Shown piece after piece: positions 51,629 to 64,000 of a stretch of 64,000 nt of DNA (the stretch's first letter is position 1; every line of letters starts with the position of its first letter). Under the pieces are notes generated by a model, which ran no database searches, was not told the DNA's origin, and saw only the letters and a program-made list of their open reading frames with translations. A program made the position numbers and the translations under genes. Origin of the DNA: Lytechinus pictus (lineage: Eukaryota); assembly GCF_037042905.1 (NCBI RefSeq), contig NC_087246.1, positions 33,914,001-33,978,000 of the forward strand, written 5' to 3'.

Positions 51629-52359
51629 ATATGGTGTTTTTTCAGGATCATATCAAGTGGACCGGGTCAACACAACCTTTGAAATGCCAGGAGCTGGCCT
51701 TCAACAGGTTGCGTTTCCTTGTTTTGAGGATTCTCTTGATGCAACCTTCCCACCTGTCTCCTCCCAGATCACGTTGAGTTTTGTTAATCTTTGCAAAGCC
51801 TTTCCACTTCAAATCAGCATTTATTTTTTTAATTTATTTATTTTATTTTGTTATTTATCTATTTTTATTTAATTTTTTTTGGGTGGAGTACCTAATGAGA
51901 CCCTGACATAAAAGTGCAGATTTGCTTCATTATTCCTTACATGTATTCTGCGAACTGACTGCATGCTATCATATTAATTATCAGAGATGAACATTTCACA
52001 AGTATTTCTTTAACAGATACCAAGTAAAGTATATACTTTAGAAGAATCATGATTTTGAAATTTGATTTAGAAGTGTAAGCTTCGACTCAGGCAAACATTT
52101 GATTTTTGGAAGGTTGATTTATACAAGTTTACTTGTATTGTGGGAAATTGCTCATGGTTCACCTGCATCTGTTTTTACTCAACAAAACACTGTTCTCAAA
52201 CATACTGAGTAATGTTGATTGAACGCTAAAAAGTTACTTTTTTAATGAAATGTTGACAGAGTGAATGATGATTCCATCGTTCATAGGTACACAATTTTCC
52301 TTTCAATATGAAACTTGTAAGTGAACCACCTTGTATTTCCACTATATTTTAGATCCATA

Positions 52360-52518
52360 GGCCTGTATTCTGAAGTTGGGTTTGATTTAAACTCTGGTTT
52401 AAAGTTGTGGTATAACTATGGATAGCCAATAGTGGCATAAATCTTAATATATAATGAATAAATTTTAGCACAGAGTTAGACCATGGTCTAAGTTAAACCC
52501 GACTTCAGAATACGGGCC
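52360..52518. mobile_element. Harbinger-type MITE
   Basis: TIR GGCCTGTATTCTGAAGT / ACTTCAGAATACGGGCC; same family as 52902-53209. Confidence 0.7.
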
Positions 52519-52901
52519 ATGGTGTTCAGTGATGTTTGCGTATCAAAACCCAAGTATCTTTGGAATATAGTCATTCTTGTTGTGCTACATTTACATTCCC
52601 GCCTACGGCGGCCCTATGGTGGCCATACGGCGAGTCAAGAACAGCAGTTTTATTCATTTTCATTCAAACCACCTATGTAGCTGGTACAAAAAATGTTATA
52701 ACGGCTGATTTTGACTCGCCGTACGGCAAATGTGACTGAGGTATAAGTTACTTCAATATGTTTTATGATTATCAATTGGATAATGTTCTCACAAACATTC
52801 ATGTTAGATGGGTTTCCTTTTTATTGATTGACTCGTGTATGTTTGTTTTATGCAATTCATGTCTTACTACTATATACCTCATGCTGCATAGCAAACTTTA
52901 T

Positions 52902-53209
52902 GGCCTGCATTCTGATGTCAGGTTTAACTTAGACCATGGTCTAACTCTGTGCTAAAATTATGGGAAGCCAAAAGTGTCAAAATTTTTATTAAGATGTATG
53001 TTTCTTTTATTTACTGTGCTCTTTCCTGATTCTTTGATGGTGAAGACAATCATTTATTTATACTTTCTACACAATTATGAGTGATTTGAGAGCCAAATGA
53101 GCTGAAAAATATCTCTACTGCAGCTAGTGATTTATGTAACAATTGGCTGTCCATACTTACACAACTTTAAACGTAAGTTTAAGTTAAACCCGACTTCAGA
53201 ATGCGGGCC
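52902..53209. mobile_element. Harbinger-type MITE
   Basis: TIR GGCCTGCATTCTGA / TCAGAATGCGGGCC, 3-bp TSD TAT. Confidence 0.8.
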
Positions 53210-54134
53210 TATGTGAATAAACATAGATTGGTGAAAAAGTGGCGCCCTAACATTCTGATCAGTCACAATGGCTCTCCCCTCCAACCCTTTGTCTGATTGA
53301 ATCCACAGTATTTTGGCACCACTGCATTGAAATATATATTATATATGGAGTCGTGGACTAATATTTATTTATCATCTTTCATTTTGTCAATGTTGCTTGA
53401 AATATGATACAGTACTACTCATACATACAATATATGTAATTTGATGCTAGATTTTTTTTATGATTGACTGTTCTGTAGCTATACTATTTTTTATTAATTT
53501 TTTTCACTTGTGTAATAAATAAAGAGGTATTAGGTCATATAAAATCTGAGAAGTGATGAGATTTACTGCTTTTTCAACATATGTATAAATCAACAAATTA
53601 CATGTATACCTCCTTATTACACAAGCTTGGATCAAATATGATTTATAGGCATGATGCATATCCTCAGCTTTTTATTTTTTTACATCATTCCCGCACATGC
53701 TATTTCTGTGAGCAGATTTCTCTAATTTTGTAATTTTTTAGTTCTTGGTTTATAAATGTCATTGGTTACATGGCTGTAAGGTCACTTCATAAAATATTTA
53801 ATGTCATGATTGATGGCAAAATTACAGTGGAATATTTAGAGAAATGACATACCTATATTTACTTTTGTAATTGAAATAATTTCCAATTTGTCTGTAGTAA
53901 TGTGTCTTAATACGTGTATGCAAAATGTAACAAAATGTACAGTGGAATATTTATAGAAATAATGAAAGTATATTGATATATTTATTTTTGTAATAGAAAT
54001 TAATTGAAATGTGTATGTATTTATAATTTGTCAGTATGATCGTACCATACAGTGTGGGAGGAAAGGGAGGAGAGTGTGTCCAAGAGAGAGAGAGAGTGAG
54101 GGGAAGGGTGATAGAGAAAAGTTATAGGCCATGA

Positions 54135-54526
54135 TGGTAAATTGCCTATTCGTCTACTGCCAACTCGTCCACTCACCACATGGTCTACTTTCATTTATTC
54201 TAATGCCATTCCGTCCAACATTTTATCCAATGACCATTTGGTCCAGTCATCACCTCGTCTAATCACCATTTCGTCTCATAACCAGTTGGTCTAATATCCA
54301 TTTCATTTTTGCACAATTAACACTTAAATAGTCCAATTAGACCAAATGGTATATGGACTAAATGGCTATTGGACCAACTGGTTATTCAGGGATGCCACTA
54401 GGAGTCCTCCAAAAATACTGAAACTTATCGCGGGCCGGCCGGGATAGTCCAAGAATTTTTTTTTTTAGGGGGGGTCCACCTTTAATTTTGGGATGGACAC
54501 ATGTCACAGGTAAAAAATTGGACAAC

Positions 54527-54561
<35 letters not shown>

Positions 54562-55636
54562 AGGAGGGGGGGGGGTCCGCCCCCACCTCAAATTTAGGGG
54601 AGGGGGGAGGACCAAGTGGCTTCTTACCTTGTTGTGATCGATGACTTTGAATTCAATTAGGTTCGAAAAACTGACGGTAGTTAGTTGTGTGTTTCTCATA
54701 GAACGCTAGACCAAAAGCTTCAGTCTCTGTATTCTGGTTGTTCAGCTGAACCGCGTTGGCTCCACTCACCAATACATAGACTGAAGAGTTGTTGGCCCGT
54801 ACATAAAGACAACGTATCAGCTAACCCAGGGAGCTCCGGCCCGCTTTCCGGGCCGGAGCTCCCTGGGTTCCGTATCAGCATGCAGCAGTAACGTTAGATC
54901 TAACATTCGGCGGAAACCCGATTTTCGGATCGTTTTTGGTACATAAAATGTCACATTATAAAAAAATAATTACATCCAAACTTACGAGAAAATATATAAA
55001 ATTCAGAAACATCGTACCTTAGACCGCAGTTCCCGCTAATTCCTTTCAAATGATGATCAAAACTTAGTCATCCTCAATTCCTTCGTTGGTCATCGTAAGT
55101 TGCCATCTTGGATGACGTCATCATCTGTACAGACGTATTTACCAGTCGCTATTATACCGCGATTCGTGCCGCTACTTTTCGCTTGTCTATGTGCATGCGT
55201 ATTCGGAACTTGTCGCTCGCATTGATTGGCCAGGATATCGATAATTCTAATCAGAAAGCCTTGATAAAAGCATAACTCAATGAACGTAGTAGGCAGTGCG
55301 CGCGTTTATAAATTATGTACTGTATAAAAGCAAATATCTCGGGGAAATATCTCTCACTCGGTCAATCGACATGCATCGCAATCGGGAGATAGGGGGGAAA
55401 AAGGAGGACTTTCCGGTTTTTTTAATACACAGAAAACAGGAAAAGTCGGAAATACGGAAATAAGACAGATAGCAGGAAAAAAGCCGGAATTCCGTATAAA
55501 TACGGAAAAGTGGCATCCCTGGTTAGACAAAATGTTGAGTGGATGAATTTGCAGCTAGACCATGTGGATAGTGGACGAACTGATGGTAGACCAATTGATA
55601 GTAGGCGAGTTGGCAATTGGACGAATTGGAAATAAA
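54135..55636. mobile_element. Foldback/MULE-like short element split by the insertion at 54387-55521
   Basis: Both halves align with the intact copy at 62487-62875. Confidence 0.7.
54387..55521. mobile_element. Non-autonomous TIR element (CAGGG ends, hAT/P-like)
   Basis: Perfect 13-bp TIR CAGGGATGCCACT/AGTGGCATCCCTG; no clean TSD. Confidence 0.7.
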
Positions 55637-55639
55637 CTG

Positions 55640-56000
55640 GCCATAGGAGAGAATGGGGAGAGGAAGGGCATAGGTGTGTAAGGAGGGAGGGGGAGGAAAT
55701 GGTGTGGGTGTCTAGAAGATAGAGCAGGGAGAGGGTGTGGGGGTGTGTAGGAGTGGGGGAGGGGGAAAGGTGTATGGGTGAGAGCAGGAGAGGTGTATGG
55801 GTGAGAGCAGGGGAGGAGAAAATGGTGTGGGTGTCGAGAAGATAGAGCAGGGAGGGGGAGAGGAAGGGTATGGGTGTGTGTAAGAGTAGGGGGGGGGGGA
55901 CAAAAAGGGTATGGGTCCACGTAGAGAGAGCAAGGGAGGAGGAAAGGGCCTTGGTGTCTAGCATAGAGGGGGCAGGGAGGGGGAGAGAGTGTAAGTCCCT
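55640..56000. repeat. G/A-rich low-complexity minisatellite
   Basis: Repeated GGTGTGGGTGTC..AGAAGATAGAGCAGGGAG motifs. Confidence 0.7.
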
Positions 56001-57419
56001 CGGATAGGATGTTAAGTAGAGGCCCCATGTCGAGGAGAGTCACCACCTTTCCACGTTAATGCACTATTCGTATAAGAGTAGGGGGAAACCCCGGTGTAGT
56101 GGTCCACCTGCAATACCCCCCCCCCCCCATCAGTTATATCGGGAGGAGAGACCTGCAGGTCATAGTGAATCAGTTCACTTTCGCCTCCAAGGCACAGGTG
56201 ACGCCAAAAAAAAAAAATAACAATAATAGCAGAGGGCAAGGAAAATGGTGTAGGTGAGTGGACAAAGAAAAGAAATAAAGGGAGTATTAACTGGGAGACA
56301 AAAAGAAAACAAAATATATTACTTTCAACTTTAGTTCAAATAAATTTATTTCATGTGAAAACTTCATATTTACAGACAAAACGAGAACAACCAAACCTTT
56401 GGAAAATTACTTCGCATAATACACAAAACTGAAATGACATGCAATTAAAATGATATTAAACATTACGCAATGCTGCATAATCATTTAATACTTTTGATTC
56501 AAGACCCAAATCAAAATTACTTCATAAGTCATGATAAAACAATCTGATTGAATACTAATGCATTAAAAAGTCTGGATTTCATCCCTGTATACATGATAAA
56601 CAAAAAAAGATTCCCAACTTTAATCTTCTAGTGAGAAAATACCTGACCACTAACAAAACAAAAATCACTTGAAACTACAAATTTTCAGTAGTGTTATTTA
56701 AACAATACCCGATATGCAGTCTCTCATTTCAATGGATTACCAGATACCATTGTTCTAAAAAAAGCAGGTAATCTACTTCCAATGCACGTTCAAAAGGTAA
56801 ACTGTGTACTTTGAAAAATGCATAATTTTGTGTTTTTAATAAAAAAGTTGCAATGTTTTAAAAGGAGAGATTACTTTAATATTATCAGAACAGATTATAT
56901 AAGAACATTTCCTGGTATTGTTACATGTAGGTCTTATTGTATTTCATTTATCAAAATGATCACTGTGCCTATATGTTCAAGAAGTTCTATGTATATTCAT
57001 AAGAATGGTGTTAAGTGATACACGGCCCTAGAAACCTAATGTTAGTATCATTAAAATGCTAATAAATGTAATTGCAAATGATTAGGATTTTAATGCCACT
57101 GATTTCATTGTTCTCTTATTAAAACACATCCAAATCAGGATTCCTTTTTTGATACACCATGTATATTTATTACATGTTCAAACTTAGAGTCACTGGTTAC
57201 TTCCAGATATAATTCATGGTTTCTTAGCAATCAGGTAACATGATCACTGACCAAATAAAATTAATAAAGTTTGGACCATTTCAAAATAATAATGCATAGT
57301 AATTTTTTCTTTAAAAGAGAGCTAAATGCCCTACATTGAAGACAAAAGCACGCATTATTCAGGGAGTTTATCACACCTCTATCAAACTGTGCTCCAAGTG
57401 AGGCAGACATCACCTCTTG

Positions 57420-57790
57420 CCTGTAATCTAGGCGGAGACTGTGAATTTTGTCCTTGCCTTTACGAGTCTGATGCTGTTGCGCAAACTGTCGGCAATACAT
57501 CTGATGAAGGAGACTATGCACAGTGGCTGCTTCTGTCTCAATGATCATCATATACTCCAGTCTCGAGTTTATAGTTCTTGTTTTTAACTGACAAGTCTGG
57601 TGACAGTTTTACAGAATGTAAAACGTGCAGCAATCATGGTCAATAAAAAACAAAAAATAACATGAGACAGGAATGTATGGGTGGTGGCTGCAAACTGCAA
57701 ATAGGTCTTCCGCATCAGACGTATTGCCGACGTTTCGCAATAGAATCAGACTCGTAAAGGCAAAGACAAAAGCACAGCTAGCGCCTAGAT
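57420..57790. repeat. Old inverted repeat (MITE remnant)
   Basis: 57426-57506 is an imperfect reverse complement of 57713-57790. Confidence 0.6.
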
Positions 57791-58447
57791 CATAGGCTAA
57801 CATCTCTCCGATCAAAATCGCGTGATGAGAAACATAAACCTTATGTTTCCTCATTTTATTAAAGATGTTGGCTGTAAATGCTAGCCTCAAAGTCATCTGC
57901 ATATGCAATTAGAGAGTGCAAAATATTTGCGTCTATATATTTTTCATGATGAGACGTACATGTACATCCAAAACATGAAAATTGCCAGTGGCAACAATTA
58001 ATAAGGACAGATACCACTTACATGTCCAAATTATCATCTGATCAACACTGTAGCCATTTCAACATAGGCAAGTCAGAATAATCACTTAATAAAACACTTC
58101 ATACACACAAAATATATCATACATAATGTCTCATATGGCACACACAGAGGATGGCATCACAGAGTGGAACGATCACAAGGTATAACTCGCCATGTACGGA
58201 TGGAAGGCTTGTGAAAAATACTGAGCGGAAAAAGACTCTTATATCTACAAAACATCACCAAACAATAAATTGTACAGTCAACAGAAATGACTGAAGTAGT
58301 CGGTCGCCCCATCATAAAAGACACTGCCATTTTGTATATGTGGATCATAATACTGTACCTAACATTCAAAAGGCCAGCTAATACATTAAGGGGTAGGCCT
58401 ACTCAGTGATTTAAGAAACAAATCGTGTATAGAACAACATCAAGAGT

Positions 58448-58563
58448 CAGTGTGGCGGACCGTGACCCGGAGGAGACAATTGATTGGAGGGGCGCTGTAT
58501 TGTTTGTGAACAATGCTGTTCCCCTCCAATGCTTTGTCTCCTCCGGGTCACGGTCCGCCACTG
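58448..58563. mobile_element. hAT-type MITE, 116 bp, hairpin
   Basis: ~30-bp inverted arms (GTGGCGGACCGTGACCCGGAGGAGACAA) and perfect 8-bp TSD TCAAGAGT. Confidence 0.88.
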
Positions 58564-59104
58564 TCAAGAGTTGATGATTATGCAATAAGGTCATACGATT
58601 TATACTATATCATACTTGTTCCCAAACTTATTCACATTTTACCATAGTTATTGAGATAGCTGTGCAGTCGACACTAGGACTCTGTGTAGGCGCCCAAATA
58701 AGGTGAAATAACTTTTTTTTTAAGGCTTGGCCACACAACTACTTAGGAAGTTTTGACTGACAATTTTCAGCTGACAAAGCTCTCCTAAAATTAAATGACT
58801 AAACATATTTAATAATAATAATATGCAACATTTATATAGCACTTAATACAAATGTTTCTTAGTGCTGCGTTCTATTACCCCGTTTCATATGCATCTGCCT
58901 ATTTCAAACAAATCCGTATGTGATCAGAATAATGTTTAATAAAGCAATTCTACTTGCCATAGTCCATTCAATTTTAGAATTGTAAATAACATCTCTCATC
59001 CTCTTATTTTCAATAAAACAAACATGATACCATAGCTGACTTCCCCCTTTAAATTCAGCCATGAGAGAAATCATTGCTAGAGGAATTGTCATTGACCAAA
59101 ACGA

Positions 59105-59345
59105 AGACAGGCTGGTCTGAAGGGCTTGTTATGATCGTCTGCGTTCGCGGAGCGGGGATGGCCATTATCCTTTCGAGAAAACCGGGGGAGCTTTTCTCAA
59201 AAGGGTGGGTTGAGGGAGGTTCTGGTACAAAAGACTACTCAACCCACCCTTTCGAGAAAAGCTCCCCCGATTTTCTCGAAAGGGTGCGGCCACCCCGCTC
59301 CAGCCCAACTCCGCGAACGCAGGCGATCGTAACAAGCCGGTCTGT
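59105..59345. repeat. Palindromic foldback element
   Basis: Arms GTTATGATCGTCTGCGTTCGCGGAG and CTTTCGAGAAAACCGGGGGAGCTTTTCTC are mirrored on the right side. Confidence 0.75.
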
Positions 59346-59353
59346 AGGACCTG

Positions 59354-59509
59354 GGGAGTGTTTCATCAACATTTTTGTCCGACAAGTTGTCAGATCTGAC
59401 ATCTTTCCTTGATTCTGATTGGCTGAGAAGCACTGTTACTATGGTAACTGTCGGATAAATGGGACTTGTCGGATAAAACGTCCGACGAGTCCTTTCATGA
59501 AACGCCCAC
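59354..59509. mobile_element. Harbinger-type MITE
   Basis: CTG-flanked; GGGAGTGTTTCATCAA / TTCATGAAACGCCCAC imperfect TIR. Confidence 0.55.
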
Positions 59510-60482
59510 CTGATGTATGTTTTTTATTAACTGATAAACAGCCAGAATTTCCCAATATTCTACTTTGTATAGGAAGCTGGCAGGTGCTATGAAATAATAC
59601 AAACCCTGTTCCAGATATCATCACAAAATATACCAAAGACATACACATATATCTGTTTCAGATTGGCAAATTAACCCAAAAATGTATATAACAGTTCCAC
59701 AACTGTTGATCAATTGGCTAAACTCAAATGAAATACAAGTAGTGTTTTTCCCCTTTCATACAATTAAATGTTCTGCAAAAAAATATATATAACATATTCA
59801 TTACGTGATATGTTTAAGACTTGGTCAAGAGAAAAGAATAGCAACCTCCTTCATGTTATGAAAGGGAATCGTAAACATTTTTAAAAATCAGAATAGAGCA
59901 GAAGTGTCATAATATAGAACACATATATGCAAAATAAAAACAATACCGATGTAAAATATGTTTTAAAACAAACATTTTTGTCCATTTTTGCAGGTTAAAC
60001 TCATAATTTTAAAACGAAATATGTTCCTGAGATTACACAATGAGTTGAATGTTCTCATATGAGAAATCTTCTCAAAAGAAATTCTATTTCCTTTCTTCAC
60101 AAGAATAAAAGGAGATGATATACCATTCAGCATTAAAGAAAAGACTTTTTTTTAAGAACACCAAAAATATAAATTAAAAAAAAGAAACATCAGAACAAAA
60201 ACATGAAAGCAAACAGTAAAGAAACAAAGGAATATTTTGTTGACAGTGCAAGGTATAGATTGGAGCATTGATTTTCAGCAACAGAGATTGATCAATATAC
60301 TTTATAACATCATGAATCTAACGTAGTTTAAAGCAATAACAAGCAATCGGTGATTCATCTGTACAACAAACAAAAAAATCTTCCTCACACAACTGAGAAA
60401 TAACAAATAACTGGTTAACTGTTCTAACAAGTGAGAAACATTTTACAGTTCCTTTCAGATATGGTCACATTCCTCAAATAGC

Positions 60483-63400
60483 TCACGTACTCTCATCAGG
60501 GACACTTGGAGTGTTCTGCTTGAGAATCAAACTTGTGGGTAACTGACTGGGAAACGACGGAGACCAGGTCTTTTTCATCGCTCGATACCTCAAGTTGGAC
60601 AGCCGACCATTGATGGCTTGCCCGATATCGCAGTGCTTAACTTGAGGAAACTTGCAGTATACTGCATCTGAGAGGAAAAATGGACAGAGATCGAGAAAGG
60701 AAGACAGATGCGACAGGTGGGGAGAGAGAAGAAAGATGCAACATGGTAATGGCACTTTCACACGGGATGGTAGCTGAAAAACATCTTAAAATGATTTTAA
60801 TGGAAAGTAGGAACACGTCGCATCTCCTTACACTGTCATCATATGCTGAACAAGTGGGTACATTCACATTGATAACTAAGTTGTGTCTTCAGTGACCCTG
60901 TTTGAGCCTCCTGCGGTGCTCCCGTTTTTGCTCGCGGTATCTGATGCTGGAGAGACGTCCGTTGATGGCCTGTCCGATGTCGCAGTGGGAGATGTTGGGG
61001 AATCTGGTGGTAACCGCTTCTGTGGATAGAATAAGAGAGGAAGAGGAGGGAATAGGGTAGAGGAATCGGGGAAGTGGGTGGGGTTGGTTATAAAGATGAT
61101 TGTGATGGAAGGATTGATTATAAGGACAGGGGTGAAGCATACAGGAATGTATAGAGGGTGATGACAAAGATGTTTTGCGTGACAGGGTCGAGAGTGCAAG
61201 TGGATGGTTAAGAAGATATTGAAGAAAGCATTCCACACACACACACACACACACACAACAATTTTCAGGCAGGAATTATAGAGGGTGATAGCAAAGATGT
61301 TTGGTGTAACAGGGTCGATAGAGCAAGTGGATGGTTAGGAAGATGAAGAAAGCATTCCACACACACACACAAAATAGTTCAGGCAGGAATGAACATAGGG
61401 TGATAATAAATATGTTTTGTGTGACAGGGCAGGTAGTGCAATCGGATGGTTAGGAAGAAAGCATTCCACACACGCACACAATAGTTTTTAGACAGGAATG
61501 GATAGAGGTTGATAACACAGATGTTTCGTGTGACATGGTCAATGGGGTGATCAGAAGTAGCATGGTGTTTGAGTATCACACACAAATACACACACATGGC
61601 AAGGCAAGCATGAATACAGTCATAGAAGAGGTTGAATAATTAAGGAAAATAGATAAAAAGAGAGGGAGTGAGGATATATATAGAATTTTTTTATTATTAT
61701 TTATAAAGAGTTGAAGCGAAGCAGTACACCAAATGATGAGGTCAGGCAGCAAGCAGTGAAGGTAAGAAAAGAATCATTATATAAAGACCAAATAATTGAT
61801 AAATGAAAGACAGAAAGAAAAGCAAAAGAAGACAAGAGATAAGATAGTAAAATGTGGCATAATTTGTAATAAAAGGCATGAAAGAGAGAGAAAGGTGGAT
61901 AGTAAGATTGAAATAGGAGAAATTTGAAGTAAAATAAGATAATCATAAGAAAAATGGTGATCAATACAGATGAAAATATACATCCAGGAGTGAGGCATAA
62001 ATTTACCGTGGAAACCCAGAAGCATTTTGGAAGTGGTATGCAAAGAAAGTACAACAGATTAGAGTGAAAGAGAGCAGGAGGAGAGGGAAAGGAAGAATAA
62101 GTGCTTAAATATTATTAAGGGATAAGGTGAATGTGAGGAAGGAAAGGAGCAAAGAAAAAAAGAAATAATTCTGTTAAATATCATGAAACAAGACCAACGT
62201 TTTTTTCAATAAAAAATTTCCACATTCTCGCCCTAATACACCACAAAATGTTACAGGCATTAGACTTACAGCATTTTGGTCCACTAAAAAATATTTACCC
62301 ATATTTTATATCTGCTTAACCTTACTGCAGATTAGTTTAACAGAGTTACCGATTTGACTGATGTATAACGCCACAAGCCCTTGAAATGGTGTAACTTTTC
62401 CTCCCATAAATTTATCAATAAAGTTTGAAGATTTCATGCTACAGAGTGTTTGGTAAAGCTTTTTCATTATGCATGGACTTTGCACAGGTAAACTGCCGAT
62501 TCGTCTATTGCCAACTCGTCCACTCATCACATGGTCTACCTTCATTTAGTCTAATGCCATTCCCTCCAATTTTTCGTCTAACGACCATTATTCGGTTCAA
62601 TAATCACTTTGTCTAATCACCATTTCGTCTACTAACCAGTTGGTCTAATACCCATTATCTTTTCATTCATTTCACCCCAATTAACACTTTATCCAATTAG
62701 ACCAAATGGTTTATGGACTAAAAGGCTATTGGACCAACTGGTTATTAGTCAAAATTGTGAGAGGACAAAATGGCAATTAGACCATGTGGATAGTGGAGGA
62801 ATTGGTGATAGACCACATGATAGTAGACGGGTTGGTAATTAGACGAATTGGCATTAGACCAATTGGAAATAAATCCTTTACACACGACTGGAACATTTCC
62901 TGGGGCCCGTTTTACAAAGAGTTGCGATTGATCCCATCGATTGCAACTATAGAAATCCAGCAAAGTCAACATATAAAATGCACGTTTGTTCAAAAAAAAT
63001 TCTAGATATGAAAGTATATCCATAAATTCATTGATTTCTAGACAATTTGGTGTGTTCTCCTTTGTTTACAAAGGACATTTTGCAAATTTCCTTTGGAAAA
63101 AATTATGACACTGATGGATTTCCATAGTTACAATTGATTGAATCAATCGTAACTTTTTGTATGACGGGGCCCAGGTGTTCAATGAGATACCACAACTTTT
63201 TCCCTGGTGTTTCAACAAAGAAAATGTAGCACAGAATTTCCTAGAACTCTGAACAAATTCGGACAAATAATAAACTTGGCATTCTAATGGTCGTAACGCC
63301 AAGAATTTAAATTTTCAAAGAGGACCTTTCAACAAGTTGATAGGATTTTAAAAAAAATGAAACATCTTATTTAGAACTTTGAGTTACATGTTCCAGTATT

Positions 63401-63860
63401 TTGTAAAATTGTGCATAACTTGAAACTATGAAATAACCCTTTCACTCATATAATTCAACTAAACCAAACTATTTTAAAGAAACGATTACTCACGCCAAAA
63501 AAAATGAAACATCTTATTTAGAACTTTGAATTACATGTTCCAGTATTTTGTAAAATTGTGCATAACTTGAAACTATGAAATAACCCTTTCACTCATATAA
63601 TTCAACTAAACCAAACTATTTTAAAGAAACGATTACTCACTATAGATGGCATCGACTTTCTTTGGATCAAGGGCTTGTCTAGGCTCTGCAGAGGAGTCCC
63701 TTGTGCTCTTTCCGCCTCGCAGGTTACTATTGAGGAGCGTTTCCATGGAGAAGACGAATGGGAGGAGACGGCGGGTAAAGGCGGTGGGTTGGTCCAGTGC
63801 ATTAAGGCCGTCCCAAACCTCGCGGTTGATGAACACACCACTTCCGGGATGAATCTCAAC
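60483..63860 (-). CDS. 3' end of a BEN-domain protein gene: exon 63641-63860 plus alternative terminal exons 60889-61019 or 60483-60667 (5' exons outside the window)
   Basis: VEIHPGSGVFI..RRLLPFVFSMETLLNSNLRGG..RQALDPKKVDAIY, then a phase-1 GTGAGT donor. Two CAG acceptors continue in frame as K-AVTTRFP..IGQAINGRLS or N-AVYCKFP..IGQAINGRLS. Confidence 0.8.
61085..61600. repeat. Intronic ~115-130-bp degenerate tandem repeat with (CA)n
   Basis: CAGGAAT..AGAGGGTGAT..GTGACAGGG..GGATGGTTA..AAAGCATTCCACAC recurs about 4 times. Confidence 0.75.
62487..62875. mobile_element. Foldback/MULE-like short element
   Basis: Arms built of short inverted subrepeats; 9-bp TSD with 1 mismatch (CTTTGCACA/CTTTACACA). 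Confidence 0.7.
62903..63171. mobile_element. Harbinger-type MITE
   Basis: GGGCCCGTTTTACAAAGAGTTGCGATTGA / TCAATCGTAACTTTTTGTATGACGGGGCC, with CWG flanks. Confidence 0.6.
63350..63640. repeat. 147-bp tandem duplication of the intron start, including the splice donor
   Basis: 63350-63493 and 63497-63640 are near-identical and both end GATTACTCAC. Confidence 0.9.
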
Positions 63861-63894
63861 CTAATGATGATCATCAGAATAAATCAGAGTGTTA

Positions 63895-64000
63895 CAAATA
63901 ATGATAGCAATGATGAAGACGATCACAATGACAATGATAATGATGGTGACAATGATGATGATGATGAAGATAATGGTCATGATGATGATGATAATGATGA
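63895..64000. repeat. (GAT/AAT)n microsatellite
   Basis: Degenerate ATG/GAT trinucleotide run. Confidence 0.85.

Noticed and set aside
55422-56046. Pro/His/Leu-rich ORFs
   Set aside because: They are translations of a low-complexity G-rich repeat.

Overview
Eukaryotic (animal, AT-rich, intron-containing) DNA made almost entirely of nested transposable elements. The scaffold from ~4.5 to 48.1 kb is the 3' end of a minus-strand Gypsy/Ty3-like LTR retrotransposon: integrase tail, then an extra ORF with two C2H2 zinc fingers behind a splice acceptor, then a PPT and a candidate ~2.2-kb LTR. The integrase-tail/zinc-finger segment has been amplified into a ~9-unit tandem array. Two large DNA transposons split this array, each with a perfect TSD. 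The first is a 13.9-kb Mutator-like element (49-bp TIRs, 9-bp TSD) carrying spliced exons for a CaRF/ALS2CR8-like domain, a Ulp1/C48-type protease motif and a PHD finger, with no visible DDE core. The second is an 18.7-kb hAT element (8-bp TSD) with an apparently intact 3-exon, 689-aa transposase, and it contains a 7.8-kb Harbinger element nested inside a MITE. The flanks hold decayed transposase fragments, a 3.1-kb TIR element filled with a 7x333-bp array, and many MITEs. At the right end is the 3' part of a minus-strand BEN-domain gene whose last BEN helix is encoded by two tandemly duplicated, phase-compatible alternative terminal exons. All family assignments come from motifs, TIRs and TSDs read by eye; no searches were run.
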